This document shows, piece after piece, positions 10,103-20,360 of a stretch of 64,000 bases of DNA. The notes beneath the pieces were generated by a model, which was not told the DNA's origin, made no database searches, and saw only the letters and a list, made by a program, of their open reading frames with translations. The first letter of the stretch is position 1. Every line of letters starts with the position of its first letter. Location: contig VMFU01000007.1 in NCBI GenBank assembly GCA_007376205.1, forward strand, positions 14,118-78,117. Reading direction: 5' to 3'. Source of the stretch: Candidatus Peregrinibacteria bacterium Gr01-1014_25 (GTDB lineage: Bacteria > Patescibacteriota > Gracilibacteria > Peribacterales > Peribacteraceae). The position numbers were made by a program, and so were the translations under genes.

Positions 10103-10597
10103 CTACGGCTGCTGGACGAGAGGTTGGGACACTTTCGTCGACCACCGCTCTTCGTTTCGGGTGTCTTCCTCGTGATACGCCCGAGTCGATGTCGGCGTGG
10201 GGACGTGCGGCGGAAAACTGAATTCATTCCTGTCAGGGCCGGCGGCACGCAATCCGTGCATGTCCTTGTCATCGACGAGGACGACCCACACACGGCCTTT
10301 CGGCGGCTTGGGAAGCATGATCGTCCGCGGCTCCTTCTGCTTCCACACGTACCCGTCGATGTTGGGCGTGGTGTCGAAGTAGGGATTCCGATCGTTCGTC
10401 GGAGCATCACTCTTGCCGCCGCTGGCAGTCATCCACCAGAAGCCACCGACCAATGCCGCACCGAAGAAGAAAGGCACCCATATCCCCCAACTTTTCATAG
10501 AGTTTTCCGGGGATTCGGGGATCTTTATCGTTCGGAGAACGAAGATAAACACGACCGTGATCAGGATCAGCAGCGTACCCAGTAACCAGGGATTCAT
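10103..10597 (-). CDS. Hypothetical 2-TM membrane protein (SD-led)
   Basis: MNPWLLGTLLILITVVFIF...WVPFFFGAALVGGFWW; GAGGTG 4 nt before ATG; TATACT promoter at 10670-10675. Confidence 0.7.
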   Translation of the reverse strand: MNPWLLGTLLILITVVFIFVLRTIKIPESPENSMKSWGIWVPFFFGAALVGGFWWMTASGGKSDAPTNDRNPYFDTTPNIDGYVWKQKEPRTIMLPKPPKGRVWVVLVDDKDMHGLRAAGPDRNEFSFPPHVPTPTSTRAYHEEDTRNEERWSTKVSQPLVQQP

Positions 10598-10745
10598 ATG
10601 CCACCTCGTTGTTTTGACCTTCTGCGCATCTCCGTACACCGGCGATGTCGAAGGATCAGCCTAAATTGCAGTATATCATCAATTATTGACAATTTCAATA
10701 ATTATTATAAAAAACCCGTGGGGAGCAGGCGTAGGGGAGAAAGGG

Positions 10746-10775
10746 GAATGCCGGCGGCTCCGCCGCCGGCATTCG
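10746..10775 (-). terminator. Strong hairpin after the 10780-11379 gene
   Basis: GAATGCCGGCGGC-GGA-GCCGCCGGCATTC followed by a pyrimidine tract. Confidence 0.65.
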
Positions 10776-10779
10776 AATG

Positions 10780-11379
10780 TCATTTTGGAACGGCTTTGGT
10801 TCGGTAGTACGTGTGCTTTCCTATCTTGATGTACTCACCGAGCTCATCCTTGCCGCGCTGCACGTACTGGTCCTTGTACGTTTCCTTCCAACCTTCCGGA
10901 AGAGGCGGCGCGTCGAAGTCGATCCAGATGTCCCCGTCGAAAACGAGTTCCTTCCCGTTCTTCCAGAGGACCCGGACGGTGACCCAGTCGGACACGACCA
11001 TCGTTTGATTGGTGATCGTGTTGCCCGTTCCGGCGTTGACGTTGTTGTTGTTCCCGATCACGATGTTGAGATTTTCAATCTTGATCGGGGGCTCGTCGAA
11101 GAACTTGTACGTCCTCGGCAGTTCCACGACGTCGATGTACGTCCGCACAGGGCGTTCAACGACCGGAATGTAGTACACCTGATAGACGGGTTGCGCTGGC
11201 GTGTAAACCACGGGTGGCGGCGGATAGTAGTAATACCCATGCCCCCAGTAGCCTTGGGCCAGCCAGAAGGTGTAGGTCGTTGTGACCTTTTTCTTCTTAT
11301 CCCCGGCTTGCGCCTGGGGCACGCAGAGTCCGATCAGGAGGACCACGGCGGCCAGGATGGCCAAAACGCGCTTCGACAT
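10780..11379 (-). CDS. Hypothetical secreted protein with Y/P-rich segment (SD-led)
   Basis: Signal peptide MSKRVLAILAAVVLLIGLCVPQAQA; AGGAG 7 nt before ATG; promoter TTGACA-17-TACTTT at 11492-11520. Confidence 0.8.
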   Translation of the reverse strand: MSKRVLAILAAVVLLIGLCVPQAQAGDKKKKVTTTYTFWLAQGYWGHGYYYYPPPPVVYTPAQPVYQVYYIPVVERPVRTYIDVVELPRTYKFFDEPPIKIENLNIVIGNNNNVNAGTGNTITNQTMVVSDWVTVRVLWKNGKELVFDGDIWIDFDAPPLPEGWKETYKDQYVQRGKDELGEYIKIGKHTYYRTKAVPK

Positions 11380-11607
11380 GACATTTCTCCTTGTTGCACT
11401 GCTCCCTTCACGGGAGGCCCCTTCCGAAGTGAAAGAGGCGTCGATGAAGGGAGAGACGGTGGTGGGAAAGGGCAGAGGAGAGAACTTTAGTAAAGTATCA
11501 AAAATGATCGAAATTGTCAATTACGCATATAGAGGCCAATCGGCGGGTGCCTTGCCAAGTTTCACGTATTCCACTATAATGGAAGCAACAGTCACATCAA
11601 TCACTCA

Positions 11608-11955
11608 ATGCCCACTCCGCTCCCGCAGTCCGGCGTGCATGCCGACCTCGCCAATGACGAGCTCGCCAAGCAACTGTACGACATCCTCATGGCGGACATC
11701 GAACCCGATTTGCTCCTTGCAAACATCCCCGCGCTCGACGCCCAATACGCCGGCGAGACGCCGGAGGAGCACGAGGCGCGGATGAAGCGCTACGAAACCG
11801 CCTACAAGAAATTCGACGCAGCATTCGCCGAGTTCATGTCCGACGTGAATGCGGAGGTCCGCACGAGCAAACGCGAGAGTCTCGCGGCCAAAGAGGCCGC
11901 GGCCCAACACAGCGATCAGCAGGCCCTTTCCTCTCTGGAAACCGCCTTCTCCTGA
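11608..11955 (+). CDS. Small acidic helical hypothetical protein
   Basis: 115-aa ORF downstream of TTGCCA-17-TATAAT. Confidence 0.7.
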   Translation: MPTPLPQSGVHADLANDELAKQLYDILMADIEPDLLLANIPALDAQYAGETPEEHEARMKRYETAYKKFDAAFAEFMSDVNAEVRTSKRESLAAKEAAAQHSDQQALSSLETAFS

Positions 11956-11976
11956 TCATCTTTTCCCCATCACGGT

Positions 11977-13809
11977 ATGGAAAACACACACATGTTCCGG
12001 TTCCGAAACTGCGCGTCGCAGCACGAGGCGCGGTTGTGCCACGAGAACGAGGCGCCGAAGAAAGCGCCCGCGGAACTCCACGAGATCGATCCGGAGAGCG
12101 ATTCGACGGAGAAGATCGATCAGCTTAGCAAGCGCCTGACCCGCGACGACGCGCAGAATTTGCGCGATTCGCTCCAGGAGTACGACAAAATCAAATACGC
12201 GCACAAGAAGAACCTTTCGACGCTCACCGCAAGCAAGAAGGAATGGGAGGATGACAAGACGGAAGCAAAGGAATCGAAGAAGGAGGACCTTCATATGAAG
12301 GGCATGGAGCTGGTCTCCGGACAGCGCCAGGAGATCTACACGCTCGCTAAGAACACCGAACGCCCGGTCTTGTCGCTGCAGATCATCTCCCAGCTTGCGA
12401 AGAACATCGAGGGCATTCAGGGAGTGATTCCCGAACTCAAGAACTACAAGAAGATCGTCGACAAGAAGGATGGCGAAGGAAAGGTCATTGGAAAGACGCT
12501 GGAGAAATACGAGGTCGAGGACACGGAGAAGGCGGACAACGCCCTCGGCGTCATCCGCAGCCGCCACGAATCGTTCCTCGCCGATTACCGCAGGGAAACA
12601 AACAAGGCGAAGAAAATCGAAATGCTGAAGAGTCGCATCGAGGATCTCTTTTCAGGGGACGTACAGGCGGGACCCCGTGGTATCGCGTACGAGGCGAAAG
12701 AGTACATGTGGTACGGCGGCACGCGGCACATCAATGAGTATCTCAAGCAGATCAGAGAACTCGAGAACATGAAACATGGAATCCTGCCGAGCAGAGGTGG
12801 TGCCCTGCCCGAAATCGAAACGAAACCCGGTGAATTTCCGAAGGAGCTCGCCGACGGTCTCAAGCAGGACATCAGGGACGAGAACATCGGCAGCGCGCGC
12901 AGGAAGCTGGAGCAGATCGACGCGAAGGCAGGCGGCGACGGCCGCGTCCAGAGCAGCTTCCAAGCGGAACTCAACAAGATGCTCGCCGACACGAAGTACC
13001 GTGTTGATTTGAAGGAAGGCAAGCTCGCCCTCGTGTCGCGCACGGCTCCTGCAACAGGCCCCGCGACGTATCCGCCGGCCGGCCCCGATGTACTCCAACA
13101 CCTGCCGCCTTTGCCGCCGGGCATGGAGAAGCCCGCGAACCAGTTCCTGGATTCCGGCAGCTCCGTCCTCAAGTTCCTTGCGCAGATCGGCATCCTGCCT
13201 CCTCCGCTCGTCACGGCGATGAACGCGATGCAGGGACGCGAGATGCAGCAGCTGAACAAAGAACTCAACGCGCGCCAGCAGCAGCTTATGGAGCGTCAGG
13301 GCCGCCTGAACCAGAACATCAGCGAGGAGGACAAGGCGAAAATCCGCCTCGAGATCCAGGCGATCACGCTCGACATCAACCGCCGCATCACGCAGCTCAA
13401 CGAGCTCAAGAGCGCGATGAGTGCGAACAATCAGAGTGCGGAGCTCTTCACGATGCTCTTCAAGGAATTCCTCAAGTTCCAGCGCCGCGGCCAGCGCATG
13501 GGTGTCATGCCGATGCTGGGACAGCAGGGCGGATTCGATCTCTACGGACTCAACAGTGGCGGCAACGCCGTCATCGGCCACGCACACAACCGCTACGGTT
13601 ACGGCCAGGGGGTGAACTACTACCCTTACGGCCAGTTCCAGGGCTACGCCAGCCCGATGCAGTTCCCACCCCGTCCTGGCCCAGGCATGGTCGGTTCCCC
13701 TCCGATGGGATTCGGCTACGGACCCGGGCCGGTAGGCGGTGGCGTGATCACAGGCGGATTCTCCGTCACGGAGCACAAGCCCTCGGGCAGCAACTCCGGT
13801 CCTCGTTAA
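11977..13809 (+). CDS. Hypothetical coiled-coil protein with ExRL-type leader and G/Y/P/Q-rich C-terminus
   Basis: 610-aa ORF; K/E-rich and Q-rich heptad segments; low-complexity tail. Confidence 0.75.
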   Translation: MENTHMFRFRNCASQHEARLCHENEAPKKAPAELHEIDPESDSTEKIDQLSKRLTRDDAQNLRDSLQEYDKIKYAHKKNLSTLTASKKEWEDDKTEAKESKKEDLHMKGMELVSGQRQEIYTLAKNTERPVLSLQIISQLAKNIEGIQGVIPELKNYKKIVDKKDGEGKVIGKTLEKYEVEDTEKADNALGVIRSRHESFLADYRRETNKAKKIEMLKSRIEDLFSGDVQAGPRGIAYEAKEYMWYGGTRHINEYLKQIRELENMKHGILPSRGGALPEIETKPGEFPKELADGLKQDIRDENIGSARRKLEQIDAKAGGDGRVQSSFQAELNKMLADTKYRVDLKEGKLALVSRTAPATGPATYPPAGPDVLQHLPPLPPGMEKPANQFLDSGSSVLKFLAQIGILPPPLVTAMNAMQGREMQQLNKELNARQQQLMERQGRLNQNISEEDKAKIRLEIQAITLDINRRITQLNELKSAMSANNQSAELFTMLFKEFLKFQRRGQRMGVMPMLGQQGGFDLYGLNSGGNAVIGHAHNRYGYGQGVNYYPYGQFQGYASPMQFPPRPGPGMVGSPPMGFGYGPGPVGGGVITGGFSVTEHKPSGSNSGPR

Positions 13810-13896
13810 TGTAGAAGCGGCGCCCGTCGCCCGCGTATCAGATGAACTTCCAAGCGGGGCCGGCGGACCACTGTCCGCCGGCCCCGCTTTCCATCC

Positions 13897-15876
13897 ATGC
13901 CCTACGGTCCCGAATACCAACGGCCCCCGGAACAGCTCTACGGCATGCACCCGCAGGAGTGGCAGCAGCAGACGCTGATGCGCATGCGGCAGTCGATGCC
14001 AGCGGTGCGCGGTCACCTGCAGGGATGGCCCCAAGTCTCGCCATGGGGCGGCCAGATGGACGCCATGAATGCCCAGCAGTGGCAGCAGGCGCCGTGGCTC
14101 TCACCGCACCAATTGCAAACAGGCCCGTGGCCGGCGGCGTCCCCTTCGATGCCGACGGGTCCCGCGTGGGTGCATCCGGATCAGCAGTTTTTCCTGCAAT
14201 CCTTCGACAGTCAGACCCGCGCGTACGGGGCCCACTACCCGGGCGGGCCGTGGCATCACATCGAGAACCTCCGGCGCATGCCGCCGCAGCACCAGATGCA
14301 GTACCTCCGGTATCTGCAGGAATTCCAGCCGGCTCCTCCGGCTCCTTTCCTGCGCAACGAGCCGCCGCCGTACGCGCGGATTCCCGCGTGGTACGGTCCG
14401 ACGTTGTCCATGCGCGGAGCGCCCTACATACCCATCACCGTTCCGCCGTACATGGAATACCGCTCGGGGCAGCAGTTCGGGCAGTCCAACTGGATCTCCA
14501 ACGCCCCGCCGTTCATCAACGCCGGCTATGGCATCCGCACGCGCCCCGATCCGTTCCAATACGCACCGTCTACGATGCCCGGCTACGCACCCTCCCACGG
14601 ACTGGATGGCCGTCGGATGGGAGGCATGGGCGTGCGCAACACGCTGGGGAGACTTTCCGTTGACGGCAGACCGATCGACGCTCGCGGCGTCACGGGAACA
14701 TTCCCGCAGCGCTACGACATTCCGACGGCCCGGCTCCCCGAGCATGGCAACCGCTTGCAACGGATGTCTATGCGCCTGGAGCAGGGGATCCGCATGGCAG
14801 GTTGGCCGCAGCCGCGTGTCACGAGTGACGGCCTTCGCATCTGGGCCGAGTTGCCCAGCGGCGAGGTCATGGTCGCGACGGGCACCCAGCTCCTCGTGGG
14901 ACGCGGGAAACCCGGACGCGGCACCTGGCAATCCGTCGAGACGCGGACGCCCGTCCAGTGGACCGAGACCGCGAAGGGCGATGAGTTCCGCATCGGCGGA
15001 ACGCGCATCGTCGAGTTGCGCGACGGCAGGATCGTTCGTGAGCAGTACTCGGGCGGCAGCGTCCCCGACGTGACGATGTACTACGACCACGGTACGGACG
15101 CGCCGCAGATCATCCGCGTCAACGGCCGGGGAGCGTCGGTCCCGCTCGGCGTGAACGGCGGACAGGCGGTCCAGTTGCCGCACGGCATGCATGTTGTCGG
15201 TGATCGCGGCGGCGTGGCCTCATTGAGCGCCCGTCCCCGGTCTTTGGAGCATGCACACATGTTCCTCAACGATGCAGGATCGCGTCTGCGCACGCCCGAA
15301 GCCGTCGGCGCGTTCGTGTCGTCGTATTTCACCGTCGAAGACACCGTCGCGCGCGGCGGTCGTCGTATCGCCAGTGCGTCGACCATGGATTTCAAGTCAG
15401 AGTCGTCCGGTCAGCAGTACATCCAATCGCCCGAAGAATCGATCGTCCGCGGATATGGTGACTGCGAGGACTTCGCCGTGCTTGCCAGTGCCCTCTGCGA
15501 CCGCATCGGCGTTCCCAATATCGTCGTGCGCAAGAGCTCCGTTCACTACGTGTGCGCGTTCCTCGAGAGGACTCCGCAGGGAGGGTACGCGCTCTGCACC
15601 ATCGACACCGGGGGCTTCAGTCGGGATTCGCGCGTGTTCCGGAGCGGCGCCGAGGCGATGATGTCTCTGTGGTCCGGCGGAGGCAGAAGCGGCATCTCTT
15701 GGGAGTTGCAGAACCCCCGCGGCCTGCCGCCACAGCTCGTTGCGAAAGGCAGAGCCATGGAGCAGTCCGGCGGCCTTTCGGTCTTGGCGACTCGGGGCAT
15801 CAGCGGCGGGCGAGCCCAAATGGATTTCATTCCGTTCCACGGATACAACTGGGATCAGATCGTCTACCGAAGATGA
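13897..15876 (+). CDS. Transglutaminase-like cysteine protease domain protein with P/Q/W-rich N-terminus
   Basis: QSPEES..RGYGDCEDFA motif followed by HYVC and IDT (putative C-H-D triad). Confidence 0.7.
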   Translation: MPYGPEYQRPPEQLYGMHPQEWQQQTLMRMRQSMPAVRGHLQGWPQVSPWGGQMDAMNAQQWQQAPWLSPHQLQTGPWPAASPSMPTGPAWVHPDQQFFLQSFDSQTRAYGAHYPGGPWHHIENLRRMPPQHQMQYLRYLQEFQPAPPAPFLRNEPPPYARIPAWYGPTLSMRGAPYIPITVPPYMEYRSGQQFGQSNWISNAPPFINAGYGIRTRPDPFQYAPSTMPGYAPSHGLDGRRMGGMGVRNTLGRLSVDGRPIDARGVTGTFPQRYDIPTARLPEHGNRLQRMSMRLEQGIRMAGWPQPRVTSDGLRIWAELPSGEVMVATGTQLLVGRGKPGRGTWQSVETRTPVQWTETAKGDEFRIGGTRIVELRDGRIVREQYSGGSVPDVTMYYDHGTDAPQIIRVNGRGASVPLGVNGGQAVQLPHGMHVVGDRGGVASLSARPRSLEHAHMFLNDAGSRLRTPEAVGAFVSSYFTVEDTVARGGRRIASASTMDFKSESSGQQYIQSPEESIVRGYGDCEDFAVLASALCDRIGVPNIVVRKSSVHYVCAFLERTPQGGYALCTIDTGGFSRDSRVFRSGAEAMMSLWSGGGRSGISWELQNPRGLPPQLVAKGRAMEQSGGLSVLATRGISGGRAQMDFIPFHGYNWDQIVYRR

Positions 15877-16439
15877 TGAACCTCCCGACCCTGCGCGAGG
15901 CATTTTCAGCGCTCCTCCGCCAACGGATGGACGGCGGCGCGACACGGGCGCAGGGGATGCGCGACGTCTACGACAAACTCCGGCAGGGTCTTTCGCAGTG
16001 GCAGGAGATGCTCGCCCTCGTGCGCGACGCGGTGCGCGACGCGATCGCCGCCCGATCGCCGGTGTTTCTCGCCTCCACGGAATCACTAGACGGCGCTTTC
16101 GGGTTCCAGCCGCTGGAGCCGCAGTGGGGGCCTGATGTCCAGGATGCCGCCATCGAATCGCAGGCCGTCGATGCTCTGCAGCAGCAGCTCGCGATGCTGA
16201 CGGGCCTGGCCGGCGCGATCCGCAGGATTGCCCAGCAAGCGGACGTCGAGGTGCCGTCGGAACTAACAGGCATGCTCGATGCTCCGTTCCGTTGCGAGCA
16301 GAGCCCGGAGAAACGCCGCGAAGAGAAGCGCAGTCCGCTTGTCGCCTCCACGCGCGTCGTCGATGTCGTCAAACAGCGCATCGAACAAGTGCCGGAGGGC
16401 AAGAACATCATCGCGGAGAAGGTGCAGAAACGTTCATAG
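15873..16439 (+). CDS. Hypothetical protein, translationally coupled to the upstream gene
   Basis: ATGA overlap with the stop of the 13897 ORF; helical sequence. Confidence 0.6.
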   Translation: MMNLPTLREAFSALLRQRMDGGATRAQGMRDVYDKLRQGLSQWQEMLALVRDAVRDAIAARSPVFLASTESLDGAFGFQPLEPQWGPDVQDAAIESQAVDALQQQLAMLTGLAGAIRRIAQQADVEVPSELTGMLDAPFRCEQSPEKRREEKRSPLVASTRVVDVVKQRIEQVPEGKNIIAEKVQKRS

Positions 16440-16447
16440 CAATCAGC

Positions 16448-16482
16448 GTCTCCTTGGTTTCATCGGTCTCTTTGGCCTCCTT
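16448..16482 (-). repeat. 9-nt GARACCGAN array just after the oxidoreductase stop
   Basis: Minus strand GAGGCCAAA GAGACCGAT GAAACCAAG GAGAC. Confidence 0.75.
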
Positions 16483-16483
16483 A

Positions 16484-17197
16484 TCAAATGTACCCCTCGA
16501 TGTGCACCCGCTCTTTCGGAATGCCCCAAGAGCCCGCGCAGAGCAGCTTCACGTCGTCGACCATGGCGGGGTTGCCGCAGGCGTAGACGTCGCGCGCCGC
16601 CAGGTCCGGAACAACGGAGGGAGCAATCGTCTGCACTCTGCCGCGATGTCCCGTCCATCGCTCTGACGGTTGCGTGAGCGTGATGTGCAGCCGGGCAGCG
16701 GGCAGCGCATCGACGCATGCCTGCAACTCCGCGACCCAGAAGAGATCGTCCTCGCTTCTGCAGCCGAAAACGGCGTCCACGGCGCGGCGGTCGCCGGACC
16801 GCGCCAGATCGATGAGCTGCGCGCGAAAGGGGGCGATGCCGGTGCTCGTTCCCAGAAGCAGGAGCGGCGACGTGCCGGAGCGGAGCGTAAACACGCCGAA
16901 TGGCCCCTTCATCGCTACGCTCGTGCCTGGCCGCACTTCCTCTGCGACCCACCGGCTGGCGCGCCCACCATCCTTCAATTTGATGGCAAAGAGCAGTTCG
17001 CTTTCCTGCGGAGCGGAAGCGATGGAGTACGCGCGCGGCTGGACGTCGGCCGGGTTGTCGACCAGCGGAACATCGAGCAGGACGAACTGTCCGGCGGCGA
17101 AGGCCAACGACGACGGCCGCGTGAACGTGCATGCGTAGACGTCGCGGGCGATACGCTCGGAGGACAGGCAGGTGATGGAGTATACGGGAGTGGGCAT
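16484..17197 (-). CDS. FAD/NAD(P)-binding oxidoreductase (ferredoxin-NADP reductase family)
   Basis: AGQF, RAYSIAS, GPFG, GTSTGIAPF, YACGNPAM, terminal HIEGY. Confidence 0.9.
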   Translation of the reverse strand: MPTPVYSITCLSSERIARDVYACTFTRPSSLAFAAGQFVLLDVPLVDNPADVQPRAYSIASAPQESELLFAIKLKDGGRASRWVAEEVRPGTSVAMKGPFGVFTLRSGTSPLLLLGTSTGIAPFRAQLIDLARSGDRRAVDAVFGCRSEDDLFWVAELQACVDALPAARLHITLTQPSERWTGHRGRVQTIAPSVVPDLAARDVYACGNPAMVDDVKLLCAGSWGIPKERVHIEGYI

Positions 17198-17215
17198 GGA
17201 GCAGGAGATCGAGGA

Positions 17216-18334
17216 TTACGTCGATTGCCGCATGACCGCTGCGAATTCGTCGAACAGGTATGCGGCGTCCTGCGGGCCCGGCGCCGCTTCCGGATGGAAT
17301 TGTACCGCGAAGAAGCGTCCGTTCCTGTGACGGATGCCCTCGATCGTTCCGTCATTCGCATTGCGGAACCAGACGGACCAATCCTTGGGGAGCTCCTCCT
17401 TCACGGCGAAGCCGTGATTCTGCGAGGTGATGATGCAGCGCTGCGATCCCGCCTCCACGCACGGCTGGTTCGCGCTGCGGTGGCCGTACTTGAGCTTGAA
17501 CGTGTCGCCGCCGATGGCGAGCGCCATGAGCTGGTTGCCCAGGCAGATGCCGAACGTCGGAATATCCTTCTCCAGCGCGCGCTGCACCGCGCGGATCGTG
17601 GGGGTGCACTGCTTCGGATCCCCGGGACCGTTGCTGATGAACACGCCGTCAATGTGTCCGTCGTAGCCGTCCAGGTCGAAATTCCACGGGACCCGTACGA
17701 CACGCATTCCGCGCTCAAGGAGGCTGCGCAGAATGTTGCGCTTCATGCCGCAGTCGTACGCGATCACCGTAGGTGATCGCGAGCTTTGAGCATCTGCAAT
17801 TGGTTCGCCTTCCGTCGGCTCATACACCATCACCTCCTTGCAGCTTACTTCTGCTACCAGGTTTCGGAGATTCGGATCCTCGGTTTCCTCGGTTTCATCG
17901 GTTGCCTTGGTCTCCTGTCGTATGCGTCCCAACATCACCCCATGCTCGCGCAGGCGCTTGGTGAGCGCGCGGGTATCGATCCCGGTGATCCCCGGGATGC
18001 CGTGATGTTCCAGCCAGTTATGCAACGAGCTCACGGATGCATGATGGCTGTGGCACGCGCTCGCCTGGGCGACGATCACGCCACGCACGTGAATGTTTTC
18101 GCTCTCCAGGAACGCCGCGAATCCTCGGCCATCCTTCTCCTGGGTCGGCACCCCGTAGTTCCCGATGAGCGGATACGTGAACACGAGGATCTGCCCGCGG
18201 TAGCTGGGGTCGGTCAGGCTCTCCGGATACCCCACCATGCCCGTCGTGAACACGACTTCGCCGTCGGTGTCGACAGCCGCGCCGAAGGTTTCCCCTTCGA
18301 ACGTCGTCCCGTCGGTAAGCGCAAGCGATGCCAT
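17216..18334 (-). CDS. carA: Carbamoyl-phosphate synthase small subunit
   Basis: GEVVFTTGMVGYPESLTDPSY, SNGPGDP, GICLGNQL, SQNHGF, QFHPEA; TAGGAT 6 nt before ATG. Confidence 0.95.
   Translation of the reverse strand: MASLALTDGTTFEGETFGAAVDTDGEVVFTTGMVGYPESLTDPSYRGQILVFTYPLIGNYGVPTQEKDGRGFAAFLESENIHVRGVIVAQASACHSHHASVSSLHNWLEHHGIPGITGIDTRALTKRLREHGVMLGRIRQETKATDETEETEDPNLRNLVAEVSCKEVMVYEPTEGEPIADAQSSRSPTVIAYDCGMKRNILRSLLERGMRVVRVPWNFDLDGYDGHIDGVFISNGPGDPKQCTPTIRAVQRALEKDIPTFGICLGNQLMALAIGGDTFKLKYGHRSANQPCVEAGSQRCIITSQNHGFAVKEELPKDWSVWFRNANDGTIEGIRHRNGRFFAVQFHPEAAPGPQDAAYLFDEFAAVMRQST
17876..17917 (-). repeat. 9-nt GARACCGAN array in frame in the carA interdomain linker
   Basis: GAGACCAAG GCAACCGAT GAAACCGAG GAAACCGAG encodes ETKATDETEETE. 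Confidence 0.8.
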
Positions 18335-18355
18335 CCCTCGCATCCTATCGTATCG

Positions 18356-18856
18356 TCACCAAAGCCGCACACGATTGTTCTGCAGGAGCAGGGAGTCCTT
18401 CTCCGTTTTTGCTGTTTCCAGATCGATGCGCGTCAGGTGCACGGTGAGCGGGGCAGAGCTCGGTGAATGGAGGGCAAGCGCGGATGTCTGCCGTGCCGCG
18501 TAGCGCACGCCCGCGCGGGGCGGGATCACGATGCGCTGCAGCCCTAGCCGTGGCGGATCGACCGTGAAGAATGCGAGAGGAGCGCCGTGTGTTTCCAGCC
18601 TCCGCCACTGTGCGGGCACGAGCAAAACGAGGTTCGTCGTACCGTCGTGAGCGATGTCGATCAGCATTCTCCCGCGCGAGAACGTCGCCGTCACTGAAAG
18701 TCTGCGTTGCGTGTCGTACTCCACCGCGATGAGCGGCGCGTCCGCGTCGACCGACGCCGTCGTGCGGGCGGGGGAGAGGAGCGCCGCGGTTTCTCCGAGA
18801 AGCACGGCAGTGGCGAGAGCGGCGAGCGCGGCGATGGATACGGCGATGCGGGCCAT
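18356..18856 (-). CDS. Hypothetical exported protein
   Basis: Hydrophobic N-terminus MARIAVSIAALAALATAVLLG; TACTCT 6 nt before ATG. Confidence 0.65.
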   Translation of the reverse strand: MARIAVSIAALAALATAVLLGETAALLSPARTTASVDADAPLIAVEYDTQRRLSVTATFSRGRMLIDIAHDGTTNLVLLVPAQWRRLETHGAPLAFFTVDPPRLGLQRIVIPPRAGVRYAARQTSALALHSPSSAPLTVHLTRIDLETAKTEKDSLLLQNNRVRLW

Positions 18857-18920
18857 GGGAGGAGAGTAAGCATAGCGTACGGCGTTGAGTTTTACCCGCG
18901 TGTCTGGTATGCTGGTGTCG

Positions 18921-19292
18921 ATGGACTTGGATCCTCACACACTTCACCTCATCCTGCAGAAGATCCGACAGCAGATGCGCTGTCCGCAGTGCGGCGGAAA
19001 GGTGCCTGTGGAATTCGCCTCTGTCCGGATAACGGGAGATGATTTCCTTCTCTTCCAGCTGCGGTGCGAAGCGTGTGATGCCTACATCGTTCTTCACGCG
19101 TCCCTGCAAGGGGCGACCAAGGCGGCGAAAGCGCCGGCGGAGGACGGCGCACATGGACTCAACGCCTCCTCGATGCTCGGGGCCCATGAGAATGAAGTGA
19201 AACTCGTCCGCAAGGCGCTCACCCAAGCCGACGGATCGTTCGCGATGGTCTTCGGAGCATCCGAGGCGCAACCTGACGCGCCGCGCGCGTAG
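18921..19292 (+). CDS. Small Zn-ribbon-like protein
   Basis: CPQC...CEAC; TGGTATGCT 7 nt before ATG. Confidence 0.7.
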   Translation: MDLDPHTLHLILQKIRQQMRCPQCGGKVPVEFASVRITGDDFLLFQLRCEACDAYIVLHASLQGATKAAKAPAEDGAHGLNASSMLGAHENEVKLVRKALTQADGSFAMVFGASEAQPDAPRA

Positions 19293-19316
19293 TCGCCGTC
19301 ACGCACACAACACACC

Positions 19317-20258
19317 ATGACGCAAGAAAACATCGTTTCTCGGGAGGGAGAATCGTACGACCAGGTCAATCCGCACGCCGTTCTGGAGCGCGTGCTCGGC
19401 GTCCTGCCTCCTGATCTGCGGGCGGAGCTCCTTGCCCTGGACGACGCGCAGCTCGTCAGCGCGATCGCCGCGTACCGCGATTGGGCTGCGATGACGGCCG
19501 CGCCGGAGACGTTCCTCGGTCCGGTGAATGCGTGGGAGAATCCCTACCTGGGAACGGATCGCCTCGCGCCTGGGCGGATGCAATCGCAAGAACTCACCGC
19601 GGACGAACTCAAAGAATGCCGTTGCTACCGCGACGAGGCGCGCAAGATCGTGCTCTGCCGGTATGGGCTTTTTCCCCAGATCAAGCCCAGCCTGCGGCGG
19701 GAGGAATGGGACAAGTATGAGCGTGCGTACGGACAAGATTTTCTCAATCCCGAGACGCACCGCGACGAGACGGGAACCTCTTCGTTGTCGCCCCAGCAAG
19801 AGGCGGAGGCGGTCGCAGAGCATGCTGCTTTCGGGGCGCTCCGCGAACTTACCCTGCGTGCATGGGCTTTGCGCCGCGCCATCGATGAGCGACAGCCGGA
19901 GGAGCGCATCGCTCTCCTGTCGCGGTCGCTCGACCACTGCTTCCGGCATTTCTACGTCCGGTACTACATGCGGGAGGATGAGCACAGGCGGATGGTGCAG
20001 GGCTGGGTCGCATCGCTGCATCCGGTTTGGCGCCGGTGGGCCGACGATGTTCTCCGGCAGGTAGCCCACCTGGCGGGATATGTGCAGTTCTCCCCGGCGG
20101 CCTATCAGGAAGTACGGGACGGAGATTTGTCGCGCACCAACCGCTCGAGAACCATGCAGACGGGCAGAGTGCTCCGCATCGAGCGGCCGGTACTCTACAA
20201 GGTCGACGAACACGGGAGTCGCTTTGTGCAGATTCCCGGTATTGTGGACGTCGAATAG
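19317..20258 (+). CDS. Hypothetical protein
   Basis: 313-aa ORF filling the gap, protein-like composition; no family recognised. Confidence 0.6.
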   Translation: MTQENIVSREGESYDQVNPHAVLERVLGVLPPDLRAELLALDDAQLVSAIAAYRDWAAMTAAPETFLGPVNAWENPYLGTDRLAPGRMQSQELTADELKECRCYRDEARKIVLCRYGLFPQIKPSLRREEWDKYERAYGQDFLNPETHRDETGTSSLSPQQEAEAVAEHAAFGALRELTLRAWALRRAIDERQPEERIALLSRSLDHCFRHFYVRYYMREDEHRRMVQGWVASLHPVWRRWADDVLRQVAHLAGYVQFSPAAYQEVRDGDLSRTNRSRTMQTGRVLRIERPVLYKVDEHGSRFVQIPGIVDVE

Positions 20259-20360
20259 ACCCTTTTTGTCCGCTACCGCTTGCGGGGGCGTGGCACAGTG
20301 GGGCCATTGCTCTACAGAGGGTTTTCATGCTATAATGCATATCGAATAAACACATACCCC

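Noticed and set aside
6957..11520. Integron cassette array or prophage
   Set aside because: The genes have their own promoters and mixed orientation; no attC-like repeats, integrase or phage genes were recognised
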